DNA of 64,000 nucleotides from a bacterium (GCA_965213685.1 CBDBZY010000041.1:224001-288000); one strand, 5' to 3'. Counted from the stretch's first letter, positions 1-14,600 are shown. The notes: a model not told the origin generated them from the sequence alone. Translations and numbers: made by a program.

Positions 1-2196
1 GTGCCAGCCAGGTTGGGGTCTGCTCCACTCTTTAGTAGTAAATCTACAATTGCAGTATGGCCCTCTTGACTGGCCACATACAATGGACTGAGCCCAACCT
101 GTGTAGTGGATGAGACAATCATGTACAGGTAGTGCATGTATGCCATGTATACATAAGTACGTATATGTACACCTACAATGTTCCTCCTGCTAGCTGAAAA
201 TAGCTATGAATCTAAGTGTGTCCAGTCAGTGGATAAAGTATACACCACAGTATGCAGGCATGCCACATGTGGTGGTGTAGCTGACAAGGGCACCTCCACT
301 GAGTCTCTGTGAACTAATTAGTGTATTCATTGCTAGTAATACTCATCAGCTGCAGGCAGTATTAATGACTCATTCAGTTACATGTATGTACTCACTGGCC
401 TAGTAAAAGGGGCCACTAACACTCAGTACCATGTGAGAGGCTTGCCTGTAGCTTGGAGGGCAGGCAAAGCAATACATGTGTAGCAACTACATGTACATGC
501 ATGGCACTACACATGTATGTACATGTAGCCACTAGCCTCATACCTAGGGTTGGGTACAAGGCTTATATACCCACCACCTTTGCCACTATCCCTGACAATG
601 CAGCACGCTGTGACAAGTGAAAAGCTATTTAGCTATGCATGATCATCAGCAAATAATTCTTGAGAATTGAAGCCATACCTTGTCACAAATGCTGACATTA
701 GCATGCTTCTGCAGCAGGAGCTGAACTATAGCCACTTGACCATAGAGTGAGGCAAGACTGAGTGGTGTATCACCTTCCTGCACATGACGGAGGGAAGTTA
801 AAGAGGAGTGGGAGGGAGAACGAAAGAATTAAGGAAGCAGAAGAACAGGGAGGAGAGAGGGAAGGACATCAAACGATGGAACTTGACTGGGTACATACAT
901 GTACATGTACATTGCACATGATGAAAAGGCTTAGGAATATTTTTGAGAACTGTGAAAAACCGGCAGCCATGCACCCAGGATTGAACCGGGGACTCAGAAT
1001 TCCATTAGGGATCAACTGGTAACTCCTCTCCATCAGGGGAGAAGCCACACTGAGTGAAATATTCTTTTATTCATAGCAGTACATGTGAAGCTGGGTCTTC
1101 CTATAGGGAGCCACCAAACACAACACGCAACCTATGTTATATGTGAGGAAAGGCTTACAAATATTTTTTGAGAGCTGTGAACTGTGGGGCCCCTGACTTA
1201 AGCTGTCAGTGCTCTACCACCTGAGCTATGGCCACTGGGTGACAGCCAGCCGAATATTTTTTGAGAACTGTAAAAAGCCAGCAGCCACCCGGGATTGAAC
1301 CAGGGGCCTCTGACTTAAGCCGTCAGTGCTCTACCACCTGAGCAATGGCCACCGGGTGACAGCCAGTCTTCACAATTCGCAATATCACTCGATCTGTATG
1401 TGCCGTCAGAATCCTGTTAGGGATCGACCAGTAACTCTTCTCCATCAGGGGAGGAGCCATGTATGTATGCATATATGTAGAGTGAATTACAACCTACATA
1501 TGTAGCATATGAGGCAGTATTCTGACATACATGTATGAGTTTACATGTGAACTTCTATTTGAAGCACACCACGACATTCCAAAGGGCTGCTGCTACAGAA
1601 GGGCAATCATGTAACCCTCTCACATGACATGTGAGGCACATGCAATTGGAAGGTACAATTACATTCACATGTGCACACTTGTTAACCTCACACATGACAG
1701 GGGCTACCCCCAACATGCAGCTGCATCTCTTGTGGGGGCATGTGGTGCATGCATGAGACAGCAATGAATGAGCACACAATGGCTGACAGGGCAGGAGGGA
1801 GAAGGGCAGGGGAGAGAGGAGGGGGAGGGTGGAGGAGGTCAGGGGAGGACAGTTTAGTGGTCAATTCATCACATGTACACTACCTTATCCTGCAGGTTGA
1901 GGTCTGCATGAGCTCCAATCAGTAGCTGGACAATACCAATACGTCCTCGCTGAGCAGCCAGGTGCAATGCAGTCTTCCCATTCTGTACAGTAATAAAATA
2001 CAGTGACAGCAGCAAAGTGGAGAGCACTCTTTCCCTTCAGTACAGTTAGTTATAATTACATCATCGCCCAATCAAACACAAGCATACATACCTCATTCTG
2101 TGAGTTAATGTCCACGTGATCCTCTATCAGTCGCTGCACTTTATTACTGTCACCAGACTCAGCGGCACTCCACAGCTGCTTTTCAAGGTCCAATAT
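1..2196 (-). CDS. Ankyrin-repeat exons (2092-2196, 1884-1982, 679-777, <1-98); probably the C-terminal part of the kinase gene; continues beyond the left edge
   Basis: Manual translation between AG/GT sites gives [101 protein letters not shown] and [32 protein letters not shown]. These are phase-0 exons: a 105-bp capping exon, then one 33-aa ankyrin repeat per 99-bp exon. Confidence 0.92.
928..1460 (-). mobile_element. Three tandem or partial copies of tRNA-related repeat family 1; best tRNA-like module at 1281-1352
   Basis: The minus strand reads GTGGCCATTGCTCAGGTGGTAGAGCACTGACGGCTTAAGTCAGAGGCCCCTGGTTCAATCCCGGGTGGCTGC: A and B boxes, CTGAC/GTCAG arm, CTT at the anticodon position. The tail is shared with the copy at 55105-55228. 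Confidence 0.8.
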
Positions 2197-3068
2197 CTGG
2201 AGGAGGAAAGGTCAGTGACACACTGGACTAGAGTGCAATGATGGCGGTGGTGCACACACTGTGTGGCGCTGTGCAGTGTGGCAGGATGCTACACACTGGA
2301 TAGTGCTGTCCTCTGTGCCTATTGCTAGATGCCTGCACCATGTGTCAGGCCCGTATCCAGAGCGCGGGGAGTTTGGGAGGCTCCAATGAACGCCCCTTGT
2401 CCGTGTCACTGAGTTGACTTGCGACTGGCGCGAGACTATGAGAGCAAGTGACCTCAACACTCCAGTAGGGGAAGCTGATCGTCTATATATCTTCGTTGCT
2501 ATCTCATTCCACTAGGGAGTTTCTCTGCCGGTCCATCGATCTGCAGTCTATCTCTTTTGCACTACAGCATGTTGTAATATCACCACAATCAACATGAAAG
2601 GCACACATGACATCGTGAATGCATGTGGGTGTGTCTATAGCTAGGGTACTGGACCCTCCAAGACCCTCTCACTACAAACGCGGGAAGCATTCAGCTCTGT
2701 ACTGACATAGTGCAGTGAAATCCAGTACAAATGACACTGCAGCCAGATTTTGGATACCGTCCTGGATGGTAAGATCTGGCCACTGTGTCCCTTCTACTGG
2801 ATTTGACTCCACTGTGTCAGTACAGACCTGAATCCACTAGCATCAGGGATGCAGCTAGCATTGTATCAAGGTCCTCTGAGGGAAGACGCAAGCATTCTTG
2901 TGAACCAGAGGTAGTTTTCCCATACGAGGAAGAAATCGGACGACTTTTGCATACACATACAAGACAAAAGACTACGGCATTTGGTTCACGAGACTATAAT
3001 GCACTGGTATACATGTTTGGGCTCCCACATTGGGCGGTGCGAATACAGACTATGCTACAGGTGTTTAG

Positions 3069-3893
3069 CTATGTAGAGTTGCAACGTATGAGACGTACTT
3101 GCAAAATTTTCTCAAAAGTTGGTCGATCTCGAGGTGCATGTTTCCAGCACGATTGCATCAGTGTGCTGATGTACGAAGGGAGCTCAGGGAGAATTTCGGG
3201 ACGCTCTCCATTGCGTATGAGTGGGAGCACGTCAAAAACCTCTTTGACGTCATGAAATGGAACCTCGTGCACAAATAGTTCATACAGGACCATGGCGAAT
3301 GAGAACACATCACATTGCTGATTGATCCTTACACTTGCTTTGTCATGAAATTCTGGAGCCATCCAACGGTAGGTCCCGGTCATGCCAGTGACTGTGGCTG
3401 TGCGCTCGAGGACGCGCACAGACCCAAAGTCACACACCTTGATGAGGTTTGCCTCTTCAAAGAGAAGTACATTTGCAGACTTCAAATCACGATGGGCCAG
3501 CCCTTCCTGATGGATGTGGAGCATTCCTCTTGCGATCTGCAAGGCCCACTTTCTGCTCAGCTGGAGTGATGGCTTCTTCTTCTCTTCGTGGAGGTAGTGG
3601 TAGAGAGACTTGTCAGCTAACTCCATACAGATGTAAATGGTGAAACCATCTCTGGTGTGGGCAACTCCCAAAAGTGGCAAGACATTGGGATGAGGAGGAA
3701 GGCTGTTTTGGATTTCAACTTCATAGGGTATTTCATTTCTGTCACAGTCCATCTTCTTAGCCGCCATGGTCTTCCCTGCCCTTGTTGCTTTGTAGACTGT
3801 AACATTGCCTTTGCCAATTCTGTCCTCAAGGGAAATCTCATCCAAATCAAAGTGAGGGAGTGATGAAGCTTTCACCTGAAAAGGAGTCACCAA
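3069..3893 (-). CDS. TKL-group (MLK/ZAK-like) Ser/Thr protein kinase domain; true exon about 3099-3875
   Basis: Motifs IGKG, AAKK, HRDLKSAN, VCDFG, GTYRWMAPE, DVFSFAMVLYEL and CW..RPTF are present. Acceptor at 3876-3877 and donor at 3097-3098. Possible upstream exons near 3933-3983 and 4115-4277 are uncertain. Confidence 0.93.
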   Translation of the reverse strand: MVTPFQVKASSLPHFDLDEISLEDRIGKGNVTVYKATRAGKTMAAKKMDCDRNEIPYEVEIQNSLPPHPNVLPLLGVAHTRDGFTIYICMELADKSLYHYLHEEKKKPSLQLSRKWALQIARGMLHIHQEGLAHRDLKSANVLLFEEANLIKVCDFGSVRVLERTATVTGMTGTYRWMAPEFHDKASVRINQQCDVFSFAMVLYELFVHEVPFHDVKEVFDVLPLIRNGERPEILPELPSYISTLMQSCWKHAPRDRPTFEKILQVRLIRCNST

Positions 3894-5619
3894 TTAAATA
3901 ATGAGTGCACCAGTTTGCTCGGGACATTCTACACTATATAGTATATTGGTATAGGCTTGTGGTGAATATGTTAGCAATAGAACCTGTAAAAAGGTGGAAC
4001 AAACAATATAAAATTTGTGCATGAAAGTGTTACATATATAGGATGACCCACATTTTCTTCTTGCAATGCAGAACAAAATCAGTAGCAGGGCAGAACAAAT
4101 TAGGCAAGTTTTACCCATTCTTTAGTCATTGAATGTACCCACGATGCTAATAATTGGGACAGAGGACTATCACACGCATCATCACACACAGCAGAGGAAT
4201 TCTCACCGGTTTCTCCATGGTGAGTGCAGCCTAACTGTTGGGATGGTATCGCATTCCTTGAAGGTGTACAGATCAATTCTGTAAAGGAGGAGGGATAACA
4301 CAATATATAGGTGCGTATCATACAGTACAGGGCCAAATATTAACCACAGCTTATCCTTCATGGGTTATGTATATTTCCCTTATGCTTCTGGCCTGTACTT
4401 TCATTTATATAATTTGACAATAATGTGGTGTCAGCAACTCATAACAGCCACAACACACTAACAGCATTAATACTGTGCATGATCATGAAGATATACAGGT
4501 GTGATATACAATGTAGGACCCTATGCCTGAGTGCTACACTAGGATCAGTTCATAGTGTACAGTGTACAGCTCATTGGTTCCTTGGCATCTCCTTGGGAGG
4601 AAAGCCCTCTATAGGTGAGTGGGTTCCATGCAACTCACGCAACTCACGCAACTGTCCCACTAAAGAGGCAGTGCATTCAAGTGTTCACACAACTAGAAAA
4701 TAGCAGATGTACACACATTCTTTGTTATGATAAGGTGCAGAGTTAGCACAGAACAATGCTGCTGTTGCATTGGGTAGAAACAATATCCTCCTGTGTGATA
4801 GAAAGAAGTGTGTGCCACTTCTCATGGGTTTAATTTCACACAGTTGTGGTCTAGCGAGCAATATTCACATAATTATATGCATGTACCTCTCCCCCAAAAA
4901 TGTTGTGGAATGCAAAAGACAAGGAACAAAAATCCGAGGGGACAGAAAAACAAACAGGGCTAGCTCAATGTATGGAAAAATAGTTACTCAGACTAAATGT
5001 GAGCATATTCGTGGAGAAACAGATGGACACTGCACGCACACTTCTTGGGCCAACTGTTGACAGCAGTAGTAATAATGCATTTTTGCTTCCGGCTTCTGTT
5101 GCACAACAATGATTGCACAGGAAGGTCATTTCTTTTTCTTGTCTTAACCATAGTATTAACAAATAACACAGGTTTGTGCAGGATGCAGCCTGCATGGCAA
5201 GTCATTGGGCAAGCTCTACAGTCAAGTACGATGCTCCACAGGAAGAGACTGAAAACCACTTTTTTCAACATTCCGTGCAGATACATGGTAGTGGGACAAG
5301 CTTTATATCAAACTAATCCTCCAACAATGGGGAATAAGTGGATACATTATCATCAGATTCTTGTCATGTGACTTTCACGTGGAGAAAATGGTGGTGACAT
5401 CAACACAATTCGGGTGAACGATTTAGGCATGGGATTTTTCTAAACATAGGAGTTAAGATCTGAAAATGGGGCACAGTACTTATACTCATAAGTAGTATAT
5501 GTGAACCCACTTTCATCAAGCAAACCCCAGCCACTTCTGTATGGCGACCGAAAATAATGGTTTCGGAGGACCTCTGGCGTTTGGCATGGGAAATGGTCAA
5601 TACTAGTAGTTAAGCCCCC

Positions 5620-6292
5620 AAACTTTATGTATGTATTCTAAAGTCCTTATACTTTCATCACATACTAACCTTCATTTGCACTCTTGAAGTATATTCCCAT
5701 GAGCGCACATTATTTGCAAAAGTGCTAACTTTTGGCAGCCATTTTCCACTACGTACATTGAGTGTGTACATTCCATTTCCGTGAATGTGACATCATGAAA
5801 CGGCAGAACTCCGGCACGTGCGAGCCTTTGAAAGCATCACACAGCAAAAGAGAGAGGCGCACAGCTACCTCTGCCGCTAGATGACCCAGCAGGAACGATA
5901 GGCTACTCTCATGTCCAGGTAGTTGTTGTCATACGGGTTGTCTGGCCTTCTAACGAACACAACCCGCTCTGCTATCCTAGCCCCGTGCACTTGCATACCG
6001 TAAAACTTGACACCTCTAACCTGTCCGACAAACGAAGTAAGAACAGACTCGCGTTCTGCCATCATCCATGTTCCACACAATACACGCAGGCTAGCCTGCA
6101 AAGCCCCAAGAACACATGAGACGTCATTGGCGTTACCTTGTAAATACGTCTACATCACTGATTGGCAAGATAGCCGCCAAAAGGTAGCACTTTTGCAAAT
6201 AACATGCGCTTGTGGGAATACACTTCAAGAGTACAAATGAAGGTTAGTATGCGATGAAAGTATAAGGACTTTAGAATACATACATAAAGTTT
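5620..6292. mobile_element. Non-autonomous DNA transposon with ~125-bp terminal inverted repeats
   Basis: 5620-5745 (aaactttatgtatgtattctaaagtcc...tttggcagcc) is the imperfect reverse complement of 6166-6292. The TSD was not resolved. Confidence 0.8.
5830..6066 (-). pseudogene. Frameshifted HIRAN-domain ORF inside the TIR element
   Basis: FVGQVRGVKFY...VFVRRPDNPYDNN.LDMRV, then after a one-base shift LLGHLAAEVAVRLSLLL. This matches the HIRAN pattern (V.G..Y, R.P.N.YD.NA, lG.l....A..L..ll). Confidence 0.65.
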
Positions 6293-6559
6293 CCCATACA
6301 TAAAGTTTAGAATACATACATAAAGCTCCCATGCTTTTACAGCACACACTTCTGTACAGCACAGGCTGCAGTGCTATCTCACCATGGTCCTCTCCCTCCC
6401 ATGCTTCCTGTGTGACATTATTACCAGAAAGTGTGAGCTCTACTGTTACTATCCGCCCCCTAGGCTGGCTATCCTTAAAAATATACACTCAAAGACAGTA
6501 TCCCAGTATAAGACAGTAACTATTATACAGATATTTCACTTAATGAAATATGCTAGTAC

Positions 6560-6857
6560 CAGGAGCCCATAAACACTGTGAAGCGACGCCAAGGAGCGTC
6601 TAACAGCTGAGAACAGTGATGTCCTAAATGGGAACTTTGACCTCTCTGCTATTGGCCATTTATGGCAGTTGTAGAATCCACACTACTGTTACACCTGTAG
6701 AAGTTGTACACTTATGTAGCTTCTGTAGCAGCTGTTACATAAATGTGTGCCAAATAAGGGCATAACCTGGCTGCTGTGGTTAGTACATCACTGTTCCAAG
6801 CTATCATGCCCTGTTGGACGCTCCTTGGTGCCGCTTCACGGCACTTATGGGCTCCTG
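6560..6857. mobile_element. MITE with ~47-bp TIRs (CAGGAGCCCATAA...TTATGGGCTCCTG) and 7-bp TSD CTAGTAC; P/Galileo-like
   Basis: TIRs are visible at both ends, and ctagtac occurs at 6553-6559 and 6858-6864. Confidence 0.85.
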
Positions 6858-8066
6858 CTAGTACCAATACACAAAGTATTGCAATAGCATATTATATGTT
6901 CAATAACCACAAAAATGCAATTAATTAAATGCTGGCCAAGTTCACCCAAAGGGCCCTTTCTATTTTCCACAGTCCAATTATTAGGACAGAGGTAAAGATT
7001 AGCAAACTCACATGTCAAAGGTCTTCCTTAGAAAAATAACTGCAGTATACAGTATACACAAGACAAGAGCAATGGTTCTTTCAGCCATGGTATGAGTATC
7101 TCAATTGCAAGTATACTCTTCAATACTACCATGCTTTTTCACACTGCAACTGGAAGGTTATATAATTGTCATATCTCCTATGGAGTGTGTAAGATGTCTT
7201 GAGAGTGATGATTTTTGCAACAGGTACTTGAAACAATGGATAAGTGGCAAGCACAACCCAGCCACTGTCATGGTCACGGCTGATGGATGACCAGTGTTAC
7301 TCATGCTCAGAGAACTGGTGAACCACCCTTTTCCTCTACACATTGTACACCAGCATTCCATGCATTTAATCAGTGCCAGATACAAAAGATTAAACATGCA
7401 ATTATGACAACTAGTTACCATCTGATTCAACGTTTTGCAGCGTATAAACCATGTGGAGGTATGCATACACAGGGTTTAGTGGGGGGGCTTTTGGAAATTG
7501 GCTAGCCCCCATAGGTACACACAAAGCCAGGTAGCCATTAGTCTGTTTTAGTTTTGGCCCACTCTAACATGCACATGAGTCTTAGAGAATTCAAACTTTG
7601 GCGTAGTTACCCTCGTTCTGCCGTACTTACCACAGAGAATCATCGCTCCTTCAAATCTATCCGCCACCTGCATTGTACCTATAGATCTAGTGTGCCAGAA
7701 TATTTCGTGTATCACGCAGGAACTAGCGTAGTCATTTCGTTTCACTCTACTCGAAGGGATTCCTTTCGCCATTCGCTTCATTACCCCAGGCCTAGCTGTA
7801 TAGAACACCTCGGCTCACGGCGTGTATTTCGCCTGTACGTACTCCCACGTGGCACATGCACGCAGTTCACAGTCGATGAGGTGAAGCAAAGCAACATCCT
7901 TACCTGCTCTTGTGGCGCTGGTCCACGAGCGTCCCCACACCTAAGTAACATGGTAAAGGATGTACCGATTTGCTTACTATTTTCACCCCGAAACATGATA
8001 TTCACCTACCTTTCCTCCAGTAGCGGAACAAAGAAACGGGAGGTGGAAGGCGGGCACAACACAGGG

Positions 8067-10267
<2,201 letters not shown>

Positions 10268-10472
10268 CCACTCATCATGTCATGAATGTGGAGAGGGTGT
10301 GGGAACCAGGAGTAAGCGGAAAAGGAGTAGTGGTCTCCATTCTTGATGATGGCATTGAACACACCCACCCTGACCTGGTGGACAACTATGTAAGAGATTG
10401 GGATGTCAGTGCATACATGTACATGTATCTCACATGATCAGAATTTATGGGAGGGATTAGCCTCTGCTACAT

Positions 10473-10514
10473 CATAGATATTAGAGACATGTAACCGTGT
10501 CTCTAATATCTATG
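10473..10514. mobile_element. P-element-type excision footprint or ultra-short MITE: 17-bp inverted arms, 8-bp filler, 7-bp TSD GCTACAT
   Basis: gctacat|catagatattagagaca tgtaaccg tgtctctaatatctatg|gctacat. Confidence 0.8.
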
Positions 10515-10565
10515 GCTACATACACTCTTGGATTGTCCACTACAAGTGATGACTGAAAGGAATGG

Positions 10566-10654
<89 letters not shown>

Positions 10655-10774
10655 ATCTCAGCAGAAAGGAAGGAAGGAAGGGGATATGAGTATGTGAAAT
10701 GTGAAGTATATTTCCCCAAGAATAGGTGTCAAAGGTCATGCAGTAGCATGTGATTGGAGGGAGAGGCTAGAATG

Positions 10775-10930
10775 AAGCTGTGTGGCACAATGTGGGTGTG
10801 GCACGAGGTGGGTGTGACAAAATGTAGGTGTGGCATAATGTGGGAGTGGCATGATGTGGGTGTGGCATGATGTGGGTGTGACACAATGTAGGTGTGGCAC
10901 AATGTGGGTGTGGCACGATGTGGGTGTGGA
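10775..10930. repeat. Minisatellite, ~16-bp unit (TGTGGGTGTGGCAYRA)
   Basis: Visible tandem repetition. Confidence 0.85.
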
Positions 10931-11765
10931 TGTCAGGTTGCACTGGGAGGATATCATACAAGGGTATTACTTACTATCAGGGAATGTGTGTATAGTGACA
11001 TGTGCCCTCTGAGAACGAAAACAGGCAGCTGTTGGTTCACTGCACATACACATATTAGTAGGCATTGGCCTATGGGACATGGCAATGCTATGCACATGTA
11101 CATGTACATGTACATGACATGCTGTTTCCCTCCACAGGTATCTACAGAGCTACACCACAAGTGTACTGATCGTCACACTGGCACCAGTGCCTCTGCCCCC
11201 CTGGCTGCGGGCATCCTGGCACTAGCCGGCCCTTGAGACCAAGTGAGCATCTGATATATGAATATTCATGAGCTTAGTCTGCATACATGTACACTGTACA
11301 TGTACATTTGACTTGTGCACATGTACGTACATAATATTATAGTACATGAGTGTGCATTGTACATGTATGAGGAACCAAAAATGGGATTGTGAGTTACTCA
11401 GCTGAGGGGGAAGGGGGAGGGTTGGTGTGTCTTGTGAGTATTCCTCCTCCTCTTCTCTCCCAGTCGCAACCTGATATGGAGGGACATGCAATATTTGGTC
11501 GTCTACTCCTCTAACTCACATCTTCCTAGAGATGGGGACTGGACTGTCAATGTGGCGGGGCTTAAAGTCAGCCACAAGTATGGCTTTGGTGTGCTGGATG
11601 TGTTGGCCATTGTTAACTGAGCACGGTGGTGGATCAACGTTCCCCCACAAGACAACTGCGGCATTGACGTGGATGTCCATCGAACTCAGTAAGAGATACT
11701 GTGCTTCTGAGAGAGTGATGGAAAGCCTTGAAACCCTTTACTGTTCTCACACACATGCACACACA

Positions 11766-11814
<49 letters not shown>

Positions 11815-12775
11815 AGCCATGCTACTAACAGCAACCCACTGAAAGTTTTCATAGACACCACATCCTGTTCAGTAACCTATTTGGAGCACGCCCAAGCCAT
11901 CATTACCCTCGAACTCAAAAAGGGCAAAAGAAAGGACATAGAAATCATCCTGCAATCTCCAGCCTATGTTTCGTCCATCCTCCTCCCGTACCACAAGAGG
12001 GATTATCATAGCGACGGGTTCCACAGCTGGCCCTTCATGACAGTGCACAACTGGGGGGAGGACCCCAGACGGAGGTGGGAGCTGACCGTCAAGGTGGGCT
12101 CCTCATCAACAGAGGCAGCTCTGAGGAGCCTTCGTTTTGTTCTGTGGGGAACAAAGGAGACTCCGAGGTCCGTCAGAAATGTCCCGTTAGAGTGTGATCC
12201 CAAGTGTGTCGAAGGGTGCGCTGGGGAAGGCCCACAGTATTGCGACACTTGCAAGAACTTTCAGCTGGCAACCACGTTTGAGTGTGTGGAGACATGTCCT
12301 GTTGGAACATATGTGGACCACCACATGTGCCGACCCTGCCCCTCTCTCTGTGCCCACTGTGACAAGTACCACTGCTTCGACCACATGGCATCGAAGGGTG
12401 AGGAGTAGTCACGTTTGACTCGCTTCTTTGCTATTTGCTGCTCAGAAAATATAACCTATGGAGGGAAAGTAGAGAGATCAGATGAAGAGAGGGTTGGGGG
12501 CAGGGAAGAGGGGAAAGAAGGAAGGGAAGGAAGGAAGAGAGGGAGGGAGGGAGGGAGGGAGGAAGGGAGGGAGGGAGAGAGGGAGGGAGGGAGGAAGGGA
12601 GGGAGGGAGAGAGGGAGGGAGAAGGGTGGAAGGTGAGCATTGTGAGAGTTCCTTTGTCTCTGCTTCTCTCCTTACCCGTGTGTCCGCCATGAGTGAGAAG
12701 TGTTTGGCAGTGAGTCCTCTACAAGAGCGGGCTGGGGAGGAGGTTTGGTAGGTTCCCTCTAGCCCCCCCACCTGG

Positions 12776-12953
<178 letters not shown>

Positions 12954-13406
12954 TGTGCGTGTTGATACAGTAATGGATAAGAAGAGAAATGAATATATGA
13001 ATATAAAGAAGTGTTAGACTGTACATGTATACATGTACTTCAAATAAACCATTACTTTTGCTGTCCCCAGAGAAGGAAATGGTGAAAGTACTGCTGAAAT
13101 ATTGTGCAAACACCTATGATAAACAATACCACAACAGCACATACATCTAGCAACTACCACCAGCAAAGTACTTACATGTTGCAACTACATGTACAAGACC
13201 ACCACTCCCTGCTCCCTACATGTACATGTATATACATCCATGGCAACAGTACAACTTAGGGGCGCCGGAAGATCCGGCGATCGCGGACCAAAGTTTCCGC
13301 CAAAAGGTTTATGCAGTAGTACATGTACATCTGAGCAGCCTAAGCATTTGTTTTAGTGACTAGCTAATATTGCCTGTAATCATGTACACGAAGTGGTAGC
13401 ACAAAC

Positions 13407-13434
13407 CATAGATAGAAGAAGTAATATATCTATG
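13407..13434. mobile_element. Second CATAG...CTATG footprint with 7-bp TSD CACAAAC
   Basis: cacaaac|catagatagaagaagtaatatatctatg|cacaaac. Confidence 0.7.
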
Positions 13435-14119
13435 CACAAACACAGAGTCGGACAAGCTTCGATCGTGCACTGCTATCGCGTTTTACCCTCTGGGGCGCTC
13501 ACTGAAATCTAGGAAGCATGGCCTTCCCCCTAGAGGGCACGCTTCGTGCGATTTATCATAGCACTATAGAGTATTTTGCCTGCTGGACCACTGTTAAAGA
13601 GCTTCCGTCGCCCGTGCAGCTACTTGTAGCCAGACAGCGAAACTCTCATCGTAACATTGATCGTGGCCCACAAAAGCTTGCATCAGTTATTGCTGTAAGC
13701 TCACTTGCCCCAGATTGACGAAGCCGTGTCTCTTGGCTACCGCATCCGCCACTTCGCGTCCCCCGTCCACCTCCACGACCCACCTATTCGTGAACAGCCG
13801 CTCCCATCCCGACACGCGGCAGGCACACAGTGACACAAACACTACTGAAGCTATTGACAGGTACACAAGCGGGACTCTTCTACGAAACATTGTTCTAAGC
13901 GAAAAGCATGCATGGATGCAAAGCCGGCGAATCGACAACTTGACAGGGGGCGTGGCCATTTATATCTGCGCAACGCGTTTTATAATACATGATCATGACT
14001 CTACAGTACCGCAGTGCGTATCGAAGCTATCGTACAGTACCGCAGTGCGTATCAAAGCTTCCATTTCATTGAATTCAAACTGAACAGCGAATGCTCATGG
14101 ATGATGCACAAGTTCTCCA

Positions 14120-14382
14120 CTTAGTCAACTTTGTCAACTTCAACCATTCTCAACTCCCTCATCTTCGTCAATTTGGTCACTTTTAAAATTGTCAACTTCG
14201 TCGACTCTGTCAACTTACGGTCAACTCTGTCAACTTGGTTAACTTTGTCACTCTGTAAAGCCTGTCAACTTCTTTCTTCACTGTCAACTATGCCACTGAC
14301 TATGTCAACTCTGTCAAAGTTGTCACTGAATCTAAGTTGTCAACTCTATCAAGCATTTCAATCCTCATCAACTCTGTCATCT
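14120..14382. repeat. Degenerate TGTCAACT-rich tandem region
   Basis: The gtcaac(t) motif recurs more than 10 times at irregular short spacing. Confidence 0.7.
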
Positions 14383-14600
14383 GCAGGCCCGTACGCAGGA
14401 TTCTTAAAAGGGGGGTTCGATAACTTCTTTGGCAAATTGCTGATAATGCGCCGTAACCTAAACTACACCCCTACTCTGAGGGCGCGCTTCGCGCGCCACA
14501 ACTCTCGCCAGCGTATAACTTCATACTCGAGTTCTACAGCCTGCTTCACAGCCACAACACTTCAAAAGAGCTGGCGCCAAACATACTAGAGTTATCTTAG
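14383..14600 (+). mobile_element. Probable hAT-like transposon terminus (CAGGCCCGTACGCAGG...GGGGGTTC)
   Basis: The terminal motif resembles the remnant at 2346-2400 (caggcccgtatccag...gggg). No partner TIR was found. Confidence 0.4.

Noticed and set aside
1281-1352. Functional tRNA-Lys(CTT) gene
   Set aside because: It lacks the conserved pyrimidine-32/U33, and it occurs as multiple decayed copies with shared non-tRNA flanks, so it was treated as a repeat.
2785-3255. Plus-strand ORF with an F-box-like stretch (LQVFSYVELQRMRRTCKIF)
   Set aside because: The CKIFSKVGRS part is the antisense shadow of the kinase RPTFEKILQ and the rest lies in its intron. There is no ATG start or supporting exon structure.
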